DNA of 64,000 bases from Takakia lepidozioides (GCA_030704615.1 CM060733.1:46872001-46936000), one strand, 5' to 3'. Shown: positions 22,627 through 34,267, counted from the first letter of the stretch. Translations and numbers: made by a program. The notes: generated by a model not told the origin, from the sequence alone.

Positions 22627-25526
22627 TACTGCGTCTTTGTCTGCGTGTATTCATGCCATTTCAGTCCTCCAACCCATCTCTACTTCCAAAACACCCCCAC
22701 CCACTCGGCCCTCTTTCTCTATCATCTGTGTGATATTATTGGACATGTGTTCCATGGGGTCTTATTTGTAGAGTTTCTGTACAACTGAAAGTAGTCCTTA
22801 GATGAAATTGAGAGACATGTACAGGTTTTCATTTATATGCTTCCATAGACACATTTAATCATAAGCTCCTTGAATTAAAGTCTGGGTGGTACCCTGGATC
22901 CACCGCTGGTGCTCTGTACACCAGCGCCACACATCTGCTGCCATGTCACAGCAGCGTAAAAGCCCTGCTCCCTTAGAAAAGGGTAAACAAACCCAAAATT
23001 GCAAACAGGAAAGGTTAGGTTGGGTCAAGAGGACCAGGCCGGTACAAGGCACTGCAACTGACCTGGATAATTCCAATAATTCTGTAGACATCACCCAGGC
23101 ATTAGACCGCTGAAGCATTTCACTTTCTCCCCCTACTGGCTTCATACTTAGCCTTGCTCAAGTGCTGTATTAAACTGGCAGCATCTACCAGAAGGAGAAG
23201 TTATCCTACCATTTGCAGAAGTTCTTCGATGAGAAGAACCCGAGTAACTGAGCTGGATACGAAACTTCCTCTCTCCCTCTCTCTCTCCTTTCCTCCCTCT
23301 ACTTTGAGTTAGAGTATGAGAAACTTACTACAAAAGTTAAGTAAATTTCAAAACACGAATTGTCTAAAACCCTAAATCACACACACACACACAGTCTCTC
23401 TCTCCCTTTCTCTCCCTCTGAAATGAGCGATAAGAGGCCTCGAGACGGAGCCCAAATACATACAAACACAAATTGAAGGACTTTCACAATACAAGGTTTT
23501 GTTGATGTGGCTTGCCAAATCAAGAGCAGCAATACAAAGTCACCCAGAAGTGACAAAGAGGGAGTGAGAAAGCACCTGAAACCCAACGAGCCCGATACGC
23601 AGCTGAAGGAAATGCAATAGAGCAGCCACAGAAAGCTCCAGGCAGCACGTGAAGATGTGATTGTGTGGGAGGGAAGAGAGAAAGAGAAAAATGGTGGGAA
23701 GCAGAGCGAGAATTTAGAGGCAGATACCATCGGGCAAACTAGCCGTTCACTCCCCCATTCCCTGGACGAGCTTCATCCACGGCAACGCATTTATGGACGA
23801 CATTCGTTGTCAGACAAGGAGCTTCGATTATGTCCGTCCTGCTGTGAAGTGTGAACGGGAGCTCAGCAGTGCTCAGTCTCGTCGAGCTCGGCAGCCGTAG
23901 CCATCTCTTCTGTCAGAGCTGCGAGAGAGAGGAAGAGAGGGGAAGAGAGGAGGTTGGAGTGATTGTAGAGAGGCAAGAAGCGGGAAAGAAGCTGGTTTTT
24001 GCAGGTGGGCGTTGGTGGAATCCGAAATGTCGAAGCGTATGTGAGGAGGGAGATGGACGGGGCGCAGTGAGGGACTTGTGTTGGAGCAGCACGGAGGAAG
24101 GTCTGCTGCAGAGGCATGGATGGGTATGTAGTAGAACCAACCAGGCAGAGCTTTCACATCTCAATATCAGTCTCTGTGTGGCGGGAGCAAGAACTCTTTT
24201 GGGCTTAGAGACAGACATTTTCGTTTTCTTATTTCGCCATGGATCGTGATGATTCTGACGTACGTGGAATCGGGTTTGCAGAGTAATCAACATGCGTTGT
24301 TTCACTTTCTGGCAGGTCCTGCTGAGATGCTCCGTCCCGAGACAGTGAAGGTGTTGGTCTCTTACTTTGTGATTTTTCTCTCACTGGTCTCCCCATCTCT
24401 GTGTCTTCGTGACAGTTGGAAAGCTGAACCTGGCAAGATCAAAGCTCTGACATTGGTGCAATATCTTAGCATTTACCCCAATGGGTACTCTCTCTTTCGC
24501 TCCTGCCCTTTCTCAGTAATAGTCAGCGGCATTGCCTCGCGGCTTATTGGGAGCTAGAGCAGGAGTACTGGAATCAACAATGCTTGTAGCATTATGTCTG
24601 CTGGCCCTCTGCACTAGGGGTTGCATGCGAGGATGTGGATGGCGGCTCTGTGATTGCGGGGTTTGAGAGCAGGCATTGCTTGTCCCAAAGGCCTTCACTA
24701 GCCACAGGCCATTCTCTGGAAGGAGGGCTGCTCCTGCCTTTCACTATCGTCGATGTTGAAAAACACATCTAGTAGCTGTAGGAATTTCCTCATACGAATG
24801 GGTACAACACCTTACATCCGTGGAGACTCGTTGGTTATATCAAGCATGTTCATAAACTCACAGGTCAGGAGAGTACATGCGATGTCAGATCATCATTTGT
24901 GAAGGTGTAACCCAAGCAGATAAATATGTGCGAGAAGGGTAAAAGGATCTTAACAAAGGTGGGGGTTTGGAGTGTGCAAACGGCTCTGCTGTTTACGGAA
25001 GACACTTGTACACACATGCCTCATGGCTAGCTACACTCGTGATGACGATACTCAAGGAAGTGAAATGTATTTTAACATGATAATTGGCTGGTTCTATGGC
25101 AGAAGTCTGCCCTTGAATCAAGTTGATCACTGCTCAAGAACCAGTAGCACTAGTCATTACCTAATGCCTTTGATAACCAGTGGTTTAGACTTAATGCTAG
25201 AACGGTAACCTAGCATATATTGTGGATTCTGTACCAACTCAGATAAGTGTCAAGTCGGTGACTAATTGCTGACGAGGGTAGAATTTACTGAATCTGAGTC
25301 TTGTGACATGACCAAGTTGGTCATGAAATCAGGGGCGGGAGGAGTGATGCTGTGTCATGGTTGAGGGGACAGCACGCCAATTTGGGATGAGCTTACCCAG
25401 CATTTGCCTACATAATCTGCTAGCACTCAACAGTCATGGATGATGCTGAAATGGTGCGCCATCCCAAGGTGTAAGGAAGTTCGAATTGACAACTGAGGAG
25501 CAAGCAGGGGGGAAAGTGGGGAAGCC

Positions 25527-28500
25527 ATGCCTCTGGTGAGGTATGAAGTGCAGTGTGAGCACAGTTTAGCCAACCCTGAGCTGTATCGCACTGCAGCCCC
25601 AGATGACCCCGAAGGTCTATTGGAGGGGGTGGCCATGGCAGGGCTTGTTGGCATTGTCCGCCAGCTTGGTGACCTTGCGGAATTTGCAGCAGAAATTTTT
25701 CGAGATCTACATGATGAGCTGATGGCAATTGGGGGACGAGGCCATGACTTGACAGTGCGGGTGCAGCAGCTGGAGGCTGAGCTGACTGTTGTAGAGAAGG
25801 CTCTGCTGTCAGAACCTAATCAACTCCGCTTTGCTTACTCCGCCGGGGCAGAGTGGCATGCGAGTATTCGGAGTGATCAAAACCACTGCACACAAGGTGA
25901 CCTACCCCGCTTTGTCCGCAATTTCTATGAAGATTGCAGAGGGCCACCTCGACTCTTCCTCCTTGATAAGTTTGATGTAGCAGGGGTTGGAGCCTGCTTG
26001 AAAAGGTACACGGATCCCTCATTTTTCAAGATGGAATGGGCCAGCACGGAGCTCATGAAAGCCCAGCGTGCTCAACAAGATAAGAAAGCCCGTCGAGAGA
26101 AAAAGAAGGGCAGGCGGCGTAGGAATGGACAGCCAATCTCTGGTGCCCAGCTCCATACGAGGGTCCGATATGGATTAATTGGGCTGGAAAAATTGGAGGC
26201 CTTTTCAGGAAGCCTGAGTCAGCAAAATGTGGATATGCCTCCAGAGCACATATCCGCTTCTGCCGCTGGTGGCAAAGTAAAGCCGAAGGGCTCTCCAAGC
26301 AAAATGTGGCTGGCTGAAGACACTCCTGCTCTAGAACTGGGGCTTCAGGCGCCTCTTAAGATCAGTGCAAAAGACATTGAGGTAGCAAACATGGTAGGCA
26401 GGTTTGCAAGGTTGAAGGAGATGGAAGAAGGTACAGCAAGATCTGAAGAAGAAATGGCCAGTGAAGGTGACCACTTTGTGGATGCACTGACCACTATGGA
26501 GTCTGAAGCGGAGTCAGACTCTGAAGTTCGAGTGCTGCCTCATGTTGATGCCTATGTAAAGAGAGAGACAGATAAGGCGTCCCTGCTGAACCACTCAGCA
26601 ATTAAAGCGCACGTCGAATTTCATAAACACATCCCTGCTCGAGGTGTCGACCTTATGGCGCAGCGTCACACCTCATCTTTTGATACCCCTTCCCAGGTTC
26701 CACAGCTTGTGACTGAGCGCACAGTTGAGGAATCAGTGCATGACTTGGTTACAGAGCCATCCTCTGTGGATTTCGTGCCTCCAGTTCCAGTCACTGTCTG
26801 TGAGGACCCTCTGGCTTCTGTAGATTCGCTGGCTGAGTCTGATAATGCCCTCGGTCAGGTCACCACACCACAAGGACACAGTAATGCCCAAATGGCAAGT
26901 GAGCTGGCAGTTGATGAATGGGACAGCAATGGGCATCCTCAAGATGGACCTCCCTTGACATCCAACGGTGTAGCTGCCCTTGGTGAGAGTGTTGTAGTGT
27001 CTGTGAGTGTTCCTCCACAACATGGTGAAGACCCTGAGTTTCTGTCATCAACTGCTACGAGCCCTTCATCAAGAGCTACTGGCCCTTCCACGCCACCGCA
27101 GCCCTCGTCACCACCTCTTGCAGAGGGCGAGCGCCAATTATCGTCTTTGTCAACAGCCTCATTGCCCACTGTCACAACTTGCTCAGTATCATCATCTGTG
27201 TCAAGTGGATCAGCTCCGGCGTCCCCCAGGTCTCCAAACTTCAGTGCACTGTATTCACCACCTTTGTCCCCTGTCAGATCATCACGTGATTTACTAGCCT
27301 CTCCATCAGGTGATGGACTTGCTTCTCCAGAAGGCAACACCTTGAGTCTCCGTTCTGACCTGGGCAGCCCAGTATCTCCAATATTGATCCCTGTACTCTC
27401 TTCATCATCACCCACCTCTGTGCATCCTCCCAGCTGGAGTTTGCTCCTCACCCGTCCCTGTGAGGTCAGAGTCGACTCCTCTGTGCAGTTCACCATCAAA
27501 GCGAGAGTTTGCTCCTCTACCAAGTCCAACAGCAGAGGTAGGTTCCAATCTTCCAACCAATACACCAGCAAGATCAGAGTCAAATGTTCCTTCGAGTCAC
27601 CAAGGAGCAGTGTTGAGCCTTTACCACCAGAAAGTATAGAGTCAGACCTTCCACCTACTGCACCAATAATGCCAGATTCAAATCTTCCACTCAGTCCACA
27701 GACAAGTTTAGATTTGTCCTTCCCGCCCACCAGCAAAGCCGGGGTTCAATCCAGTACAGGAGCAAGTCCGGAGCCATATCCTCCACCCAACCAACCAACA
27801 AGGCCAGAGCTACATCTTCCACCTGGCTCCCTGGCAAGTCCACAGTTGTCCTTCCAGTCCACTAGTGAGTCCAGGGTTCATCCCAGTTCAGAGTCAAGTC
27901 CACCACCAGATTTCCTAACCAACCCAGAGGCACATGTTCTACCGAGTCCAACAAGTCCAGAGTTGTCCTTCCAGTCCTCCAGTGAGGAAATGGTTCAACT
28001 CCCTGTCCAAGCAACTCCAGAATCAAGTATTCGACCGAATGCTGTTCATCCACCACAGAAACATCTGCCAAACCCTCCATCGAGTCCAAACTCAAATCTT
28101 CCACCCAATACACCAACAAAGCCGGAGTCACATCCTCAACCAAGTCCAGTGTTTCAGACCCCTCCACCCTCAAGTCCAGTGACAAATCTTGCACCCAAAT
28201 CACCAGTGAGGCTTGAATCAAGATATCCACCTAGTCTTTCAGCATCTTCAGAGTTGAACCTTCCACCCAACCCACCACTCAGGTCCGACTCTAATTCAGA
28301 GTTGAATGCTCCATCCAGTTCTGTAACAAGCTTAGACCCAACTCTCCCAGCCAATCGAACCAATCCATCAGTGAGGGCTGGGTTCAATGGTCCACCCACT
28401 GCAGCAACAGGTTTGGACTTGAACCTTCAAGCGACTACACCAGTGAGGCAAGATTTAAATCGTCCATCCACTCCACCAGTAAGACCAGAGCTGGGACCTG

Positions 28501-28946
28501 ATCTGAGGCCAGAGTTACCCCTACCTCCTATCCAGGAACCAAAGGCGGAGCCCTCTATTGTTTTAGCAATGCCGAAGTTGATTATGTCACCCCATCTGCC
28601 CACACAGCCAGAGTTTACCCTTTCACCTTCTCCTTCACCAACTTTTAGAGGGATGCCAGCAATGGACACAAGGGATGCGATCATGGGTGCGATTGCAAAG
28701 CATGGCCAGAAAATGGAACCTGTCAGACGGCCCATTGCTCCAGATGGCAAACAAGTTCTACTGGAAGAGATTAGGACCCGGTCCTTCAATCTGCGCCATA
28801 TGGAGAAGGTGGAGAAGACAGAACCATCGACCAGGCCTGTAGCAAACATCAATGTTGCTGCTATTCTGGAGAAAGCAAATGCAATCCGACAGGCCTGTGT
28901 TGCAAGTGATGAAGATGACGACGAGGAGGATGACTGGAGTGAGTGA
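25527..28946 (+). CDS. SCAR: SCAR/WAVE family ARP2/3 activator, single-exon CDS, 1139 aa
   Basis: N-terminal SCAR homology domain (MPLVRYEV..EHSLANPELYR..LLEGVAMAGLVGIVRQLGDLAEFAAEIF..GPPRLFLLDKFDVAG..CLKRYTDPSFF), basic region, Pro/Ser-rich middle, and C-terminal WH2-C-A (LLEEIRTRSFNLR..NVAAILEKANAIRQA..DDDEEDDWSE). Confidence 0.96.
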   Translation: MPLVRYEVQCEHSLANPELYRTAAPDDPEGLLEGVAMAGLVGIVRQLGDLAEFAAEIFRDLHDELMAIGGRGHDLTVRVQQLEAELTVVEKALLSEPNQLRFAYSAGAEWHASIRSDQNHCTQGDLPRFVRNFYEDCRGPPRLFLLDKFDVAGVGACLKRYTDPSFFKMEWASTELMKAQRAQQDKKARREKKKGRRRRNGQPISGAQLHTRVRYGLIGLEKLEAFSGSLSQQNVDMPPEHISASAAGGKVKPKGSPSKMWLAEDTPALELGLQAPLKISAKDIEVANMVGRFARLKEMEEGTARSEEEMASEGDHFVDALTTMESEAESDSEVRVLPHVDAYVKRETDKASLLNHSAIKAHVEFHKHIPARGVDLMAQRHTSSFDTPSQVPQLVTERTVEESVHDLVTEPSSVDFVPPVPVTVCEDPLASVDSLAESDNALGQVTTPQGHSNAQMASELAVDEWDSNGHPQDGPPLTSNGVAALGESVVVSVSVPPQHGEDPEFLSSTATSPSSRATGPSTPPQPSSPPLAEGERQLSSLSTASLPTVTTCSVSSSVSSGSAPASPRSPNFSALYSPPLSPVRSSRDLLASPSGDGLASPEGNTLSLRSDLGSPVSPILIPVLSSSSPTSVHPPSWSLLLTRPCEVRVDSSVQFTIKARVCSSTKSNSRGRFQSSNQYTSKIRVKCSFESPRSSVEPLPPESIESDLPPTAPIMPDSNLPLSPQTSLDLSFPPTSKAGVQSSTGASPEPYPPPNQPTRPELHLPPGSLASPQLSFQSTSESRVHPSSESSPPPDFLTNPEAHVLPSPTSPELSFQSSSEEMVQLPVQATPESSIRPNAVHPPQKHLPNPPSSPNSNLPPNTPTKPESHPQPSPVFQTPPPSSPVTNLAPKSPVRLESRYPPSLSASSELNLPPNPPLRSDSNSELNAPSSSVTSLDPTLPANRTNPSVRAGFNGPPTAATGLDLNLQATTPVRQDLNRPSTPPVRPELGPDLRPELPLPPIQEPKAEPSIVLAMPKLIMSPHLPTQPEFTLSPSPSPTFRGMPAMDTRDAIMGAIAKHGQKMEPVRRPIAPDGKQVLLEEIRTRSFNLRHMEKVEKTEPSTRPVANINVAAILEKANAIRQACVASDEDDDEEDDWSE

Positions 28947-30332
28947 TACATGACCTGTAAGTGGATGCCACCGTGAGTTAACATGCTCTCTTCCAGCTGG
29001 TATGCTCCATTGTGGCCAGACTTGTGTTTTCCTGGCCGTTTTGGTTGTTTACCAAGCAAGCTGTGCCTTCTCAAAAATTCGGATTGTATTGTTTGACAGG
29101 GATAAGTGATTCGTTCATGTCTGCAGGAACATCTAAGCCCCTAGAAACGTAGAAACAAACATTGACTTGTGCATTCCTCCAAGGCTGCATGCATCTGGTC
29201 CTCAGAGCAGAGGTCAGGTAGAACTGTAGGTTGTTGCTAATGATGAGAATGTAGAGGAAAGTCCAGACAATGATAGATATATTGACAGTGGAGCAAGCAG
29301 TGTAATGTATATTGCAAGTTGTAGAACTATGGGTGACCTGTCAATCCACTGTTGGACTAATGAAGCGCATGGAATACATGCAGGCCCTGCTAGAGGGTTA
29401 AATGTGTTGTTAGGTTTGGTCTCCTAATTTTAAAGGTTTTCTCTCCCCTTACCAGTAGCTCATTACTGAGTATCGCCGGGTAAGATATGGGTTCAAATCC
29501 TGTCACTTTATTGCACACTGCACGTAGCATTATCTTCTTCCCTCTGTTTATGCTTGAATTTGCTGAACCATAAATTACTCTATCATGGATCAGAAAATAC
29601 TACAATGATATCAGATGACCCTTTGCAACCAGACAGATCACTTTATCACAGCATTCATGCTTTTCTTCATGCATATGCAGGCAACGCAGAATTAACCTCT
29701 GGATTGTTACAGAAACCTGAGCAGCATTGCTGGATTATAGACACTGGCTGTCTTATGAATCAATATCAAATATGATGCATGGAGAAGGAGTGGTACTGCG
29801 GGAAAGACAAAAGTTTCGTAAAGAAACAGAGCATGGATTATATCTATGTGATGTGATTGGTCTCTGTTAACTCTATGAACCCCTTCACAATATTCCTTAT
29901 TTGTGTTGAACTTGCCTTACATGTGCATACTAAGGCTTGCAAGATACAGGTCAAAAATTCTTGGAGTAGGTATCACTGACTTACTAAGATCATCTGTGAT
30001 TGTAACAGGTCAAAGTAAATTGCATTCAGTCCATCAATTCCTTTGGTTGGGAGTACCTGGCCCATGAAAGGCACAATGGGAATCAGTCCAGATATTCTCC
30101 TACACCAGCAAAGTACAATGATAGACAACCGCAAAGGAAGGGAGAGATACATGGTCCCGGGCCATGTCCACAGAATATTCGCTGTAAGCCTCTGAAATTT
30201 TAAGAAAAACAGTGTCTAGTATACAGTGCTGCTCTCTCCATCACCCCAAAATTCCAAAATTATGACCATCCACACTCCAAAATCCTATTCATCTATTCTT
30301 CATAACTATCTTATTCATTGAGCTCATGTCAA

Positions 30333-30513
30333 GTAAGTAAGTATGATGCCTCCCCAAGGGAGCGTAACTTATGGTGTCACTTCACCACAAGGGCTACTGA
30401 CTTCCAGCTGAAAGGTGGACACCTTCATGACACACCAGGCCGTGGTTTGAACCCACAACCACATCCAACATGGTATGTGCCCATTACCACCGGGCTACAT
30501 GTTAGTTGTTGCT
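30333..30513 (-). mobile_element. tRNA-derived SINE, copy 2
   Basis: On the minus strand: TGTAGCCCGGTGGTAATGGGCAC..GTGGGTTCAAACC, 3' hairpin, (ACTT)n tail; 10-bp TSD CTCATGTCAA at 30323-30332 and 30514-30523. Confidence 0.87.
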
Positions 30514-30540
30514 CTCATGTCAACAATATATTTGGTCTTT

Positions 30541-30616
30541 GGGGCCCACCCTCGAAGGGGGCAGTGGCTGCAAAGTGGCTCTTAGTTATGCGGGCTTTGG
30601 CCGGAGTCTTCTTCCC
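30541..30616 (+). mobile_element. Heavily 5'-truncated copy (3' UTR only) of the REL-type LINE
   Basis: Matches the reverse complement of 30831-30917; (CTT)n tail; 10-bp TSD TTTGGTCTTT at 30531-30540 and 30617-30626. Confidence 0.82.
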
Positions 30617-30830
30617 TTTGGTCTTTAGGTCATTGCTCTGCCAGGCAGTCTATCAAGTGTGACACAATCTCTCCACCAAACCATTTGTCCAAGCCACCTT
30701 AAAGACAAGCCAACAACAAACAAAATTGATCTTGTTGGATCTGTTGGACACAATGTATATATAGGAATAGCAAGTTATTGCTATGGGTATCAAACAAGGC
30801 ATGACACTTACTTCGGTTATAGGTAAGGGA

Positions 30831-31915
30831 AGAAGAAGAAGAAGACTCCGGCCAAAGCCGGCGTAACTAAGAGCCACTTCGTCTTGCGGCTACTGCCCCC
30901 TTTTGAGGATAGGCCCTAAAAGAATGGAAGCGTTAATGCGCCTACATGACCGTATCCTTAAGTGTGGGTATATTCGAGTTTGCGCTTGTTGATAATGATG
31001 GCTATGAGGGATCGGATGTCACAGTAAGATGTATAGCTTTCAAACATTGGTGGATAGGAGCGGTAGGTATCTTGAAGTTGTTATGCAATGCATGCATGTT
31101 GGGATTGTGGATGCTGCTTTTGTACCAATTGTGATGACTATTAAGGGGTCAGTTTTCCATTAATTGCAAGGATAAAGGGGCGTATTTTTTGCGTTTAGTT
31201 AGAATTGTTGTGTTAAGGAATCGATTGTGAGAGTAAGTGAACTCAATAAAGTGGATGGTGAGGTTGCTTGATGGGTCAGCGGGAGGGGCGGCGTTGATAG
31301 GTAGCCTTGTGACTAATAGTATGTTTGGGCGAGCATGGGGGCAGGTGCATGGTGTAGTGGGGCAGCAACACGGTAGTAGCGATGTTGGAACTCTATAATC
31401 AAGGCCGGGTGCCAACATTGATAAGAAAATACCATCCGAGTGTCCCTGTGTTTTATAAGGAGTCTATGGATTTTCCATACAGCATGGTTGTGTCTAGTAA
31501 TTCATAGCATGTGTATAATAGGATGAGTGCACTTGCTGTTTAGGTGGTTGTGGGGCCAGGTATCTCGGGCTCGTGAAGAGAATATGCACAAGGCAAAGTG
31601 GGGATATATATATATGTGAGGCCAACCGCTAGTGTCCCCTGTATTGTGCATTTCTAAATTTGAGAATTTATCTTATTTGGGCATCTGTAGCAGCTTTGAG
31701 TTCAAGAAGCAGAGAGTTTGTGGTTGAGTACAAGAGATCGTGTCCCTTTTTTGATGTGTGCAAGTGAGGTCATGGCTTATTTGCATGCTTCTGTTGTAAG
31801 GATTATGTCTAAGATCCGTATGCGCCTAGGTTTTGGAAGATCCATGTTAGCCAAAAAGGATGTGTATCAGCGATGCGAATAATATCCATGGGGGGATCAT
31901 CTACCGGAGGGTTGG
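30831..31915 (-). mobile_element. 5'-truncated non-LTR retrotransposon encoding a restriction-like endonuclease (RandI/Dualen-like)
   Basis: Minus-strand translation: TDAQIR*ILKFRNAQY; C..DTWPH..C.HP..ITRHNHAVWKIHRLL; RPNILLV..IHFIEFTYSH..KRKKYAPL; PLIVITIG; IIINKRKLE*. Then 3' UTR hairpin and (CTT)n tail; 12-bp TSD ATAGGTAAGGGA at 30819-30830 and 31916-31927. Confidence 0.85.
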
Positions 31916-33633
31916 ATAGGTAAGGGATAAATCACAAGTACTTTTATTATTAAATTTTCTGTACCCTTAACTGCCTTTACATAGTTTAAAAAAAATCAAA
32001 ATTGACTTACCTCTACCTAGTAAATTGAATCTATTTATCTACTTATTTACATCCAGATAACTGAACCTTACAGAAGTGAATCTACCTACCACATATATCC
32101 ATGGTACTTGAATCTTGGAGAAATTCACCATAGATTTGTGAAGATTATAATGTTTTAGTGTTAGGGAAGTTTTTTTCCAAGTTTTTGAAAATAATATTTT
32201 TTGGGTTTGACCGGAGAAATGGCCGGACGGCTTGACTTTTGCCGCCTATGGAAGTGACATATCCACATTTCTAAACTTGTTGCAAGGGGTCTCTAGTAAA
32301 TTTGAAGGCCCAATTCCCAAATTTCCCCAACTTCTTCCCCAACTTCATGTGCAAAGGGGCACCAGGGGGGGCTCAAAAGCCATAAATATGCTTGAACTTA
32401 AAAAATGGACCTACACAAAATTAAGGTCCAAGAAAAAGAATATATTTTGGAAATCACAGTGGTGACAATGTCATGTGCACTCCACGTAGCATGCATGCCC
32501 CATTTTGTTAAGTCTGGCCCGAGTAAGAGCATTCCCACCCTACAGTGAACCCAGCACGCCAACGGAACTTTCAGGGTAGGTATGTGGGCGGAAAACGTAC
32601 ACACCCTTGCACTGAACCCTATATCCCATGAAAAGCGGGCACTGAATATCTTTCGGTGCACTGAACCCGAGCGGCGTATTCAGAGCCCTGAATACGCCCC
32701 TGAATCCAAGTCAACGTGACCGCGCTCATGTCTAGACCAGCTCATGTCTAGCCCGTGCGTGGCAGTGACCACGCCCGTTCCTACCAATGGGAGGCAAGGT
32801 GTGCGGGGATAGCGTGGGCAATTCGGGGGCAAGGGTGTGCGCGAGTTGGGGCTGCCTCACCACAATATCCAACAGGCCCTGAATCGATCACGTAATTTTG
32901 GCGTTACAAGGACTCTTTCGGGGTCAAGGGTGGGGATGCTCTAAGTCCAACAACTTTTGGGCATGAAGCTGCAAATTACCTACATCCACTTCAATGTTGT
33001 GCATGCCCCAATTGGACGAGGCCACGCAATAGGTCAACTCTACATCGGCCCTTCTCCAAGTTGAAAAAAGATGACCCCCGCCACTGAATCTATCAGAATT
33101 CAAGGCAAACAATGCCAGATGGTTAGAACTGAGTTAGAAATTGGAAGGCGGTAGTAGCTATTTCGGGTCTGCCTCTTAAGTATTCTATTTCTGTATATCA
33201 GATGGTTAGGGTTTGGTTTGCAAGTTTCCATCCTTGGCCACCTCCTTCCACAAACCCCATTTCCGATTTCGTTGGTGCCTGCATCTAATCTTCACAAGAA
33301 AAGATCATGGCATGCACCAATGAAGTTTTTCATAAATATATTGACTACGCAAAGGGTTTTGGGGTTTTGATGCTTAGCACTAATACTTGCGATTAAGTTT
33401 CGAATTAGATCCATACAGGTGTATAGTTCATCTATATCTATAAATGATATAATTGAAGATGTCCGTCCTCTGTAAATTGTTTGGCCGGCTCATGCAACAA
33501 GTATGGTAACCAGCTGACCAGGAGCTCTCATTATGCCCACCGGTGTATGTTGCTACTCATTGACTGTATATTCACCTTGCATCCCAAGACAACACTTCCA
33601 TTCGAAGATTGTCAACAACTTGTTTCTAGTCGC

Positions 33634-34267
33634 TACCAACTAGTCTCCCATACCAGTGTTGGGCTGTTCTTGTTTATTCCAAAGAACCTCCGGTTTCGTT
33701 TCTGGGCCAATCATTTGGTTGAAAAATAATCCGATTCCGAGTTCAGTCCGGTTCTTGAATTCCGGTAGGATTTTGAGTGATGGGATTTCTCAATGCAAAA
33801 CCCCACCGCTTGCTTAGTTTGTGTCACCAAGTATTTCTCAGTGCGAAATTCACCGCTGCCTAGTTTGTGCCCATATCACCAAGTATTTCTCAATGCGAAC
33901 GCCACTACAGGTTTAGGGTTTTTGGCTACACTACTAAAGGTTTCGCCTCGCTGAATTGGCGCAAATGCACTATACAAATGCACAAGTCCTCTGTACCCGC
34001 TTATGGTTTTATTCCATTTTGAAAACATATAACTCCTATGACCGAGGTTTAAAAAACATAAAACTCCCATGACCGTGGGTTGTGCTCATGCGAGCACGCA
34101 TGCACACGCAGTGCTCACAGGATACCAACCCCCTTACCAACTAGTCTCCCATACCAATGTTGGGCTGTTCTTGTTTATTCCAAAGAACCTCCGGTTTCGT
34201 TTCTGGGCCAATCATTTGGGATGAAAAAAATCCGGTTCCGAGTTCAATCCGGTTTCTGAGTTCCGGT
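33634..34267 (+). repeat. Pair of about 133-bp direct repeats (33634-33766, 34135-34267) enclosing a degenerate 48-53-bp tandem repeat
   Basis: TACCAACTAGTCTCCCATACCA(G/A)TGTTGGGCTGTTCTTGTTTATTCCAAAGAACCTCCGGTTTCGTTTCTGGGCCAATCATTTGG occurs twice; internal TATTTCTCA(A/G)TGC..CACCGCT..TAGTTTGTG units. Confidence 0.85.

Noticed and set aside
26939-29074. Long antisense ORFs (265 aa, 215 aa) opposite SCAR, and the 214-aa ORF opposite the PHD gene
   Set aside because: Shadow frames of real coding sequence.
29450-29510. tRNA-like B box GGTTCAAATCC (similar weak A-box-like stretches at about 12315, 16733 and 60550)
   Set aside because: No cloverleaf, TSD or second copy is visible; at most decayed SINE heads.
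32560-33100. Repeated CTGAA(C/T) and CTCATGTCTAG motifs as DNA-transposon subterminal repeats
   Set aside because: No TIR pair or TSD could be identified by eye.
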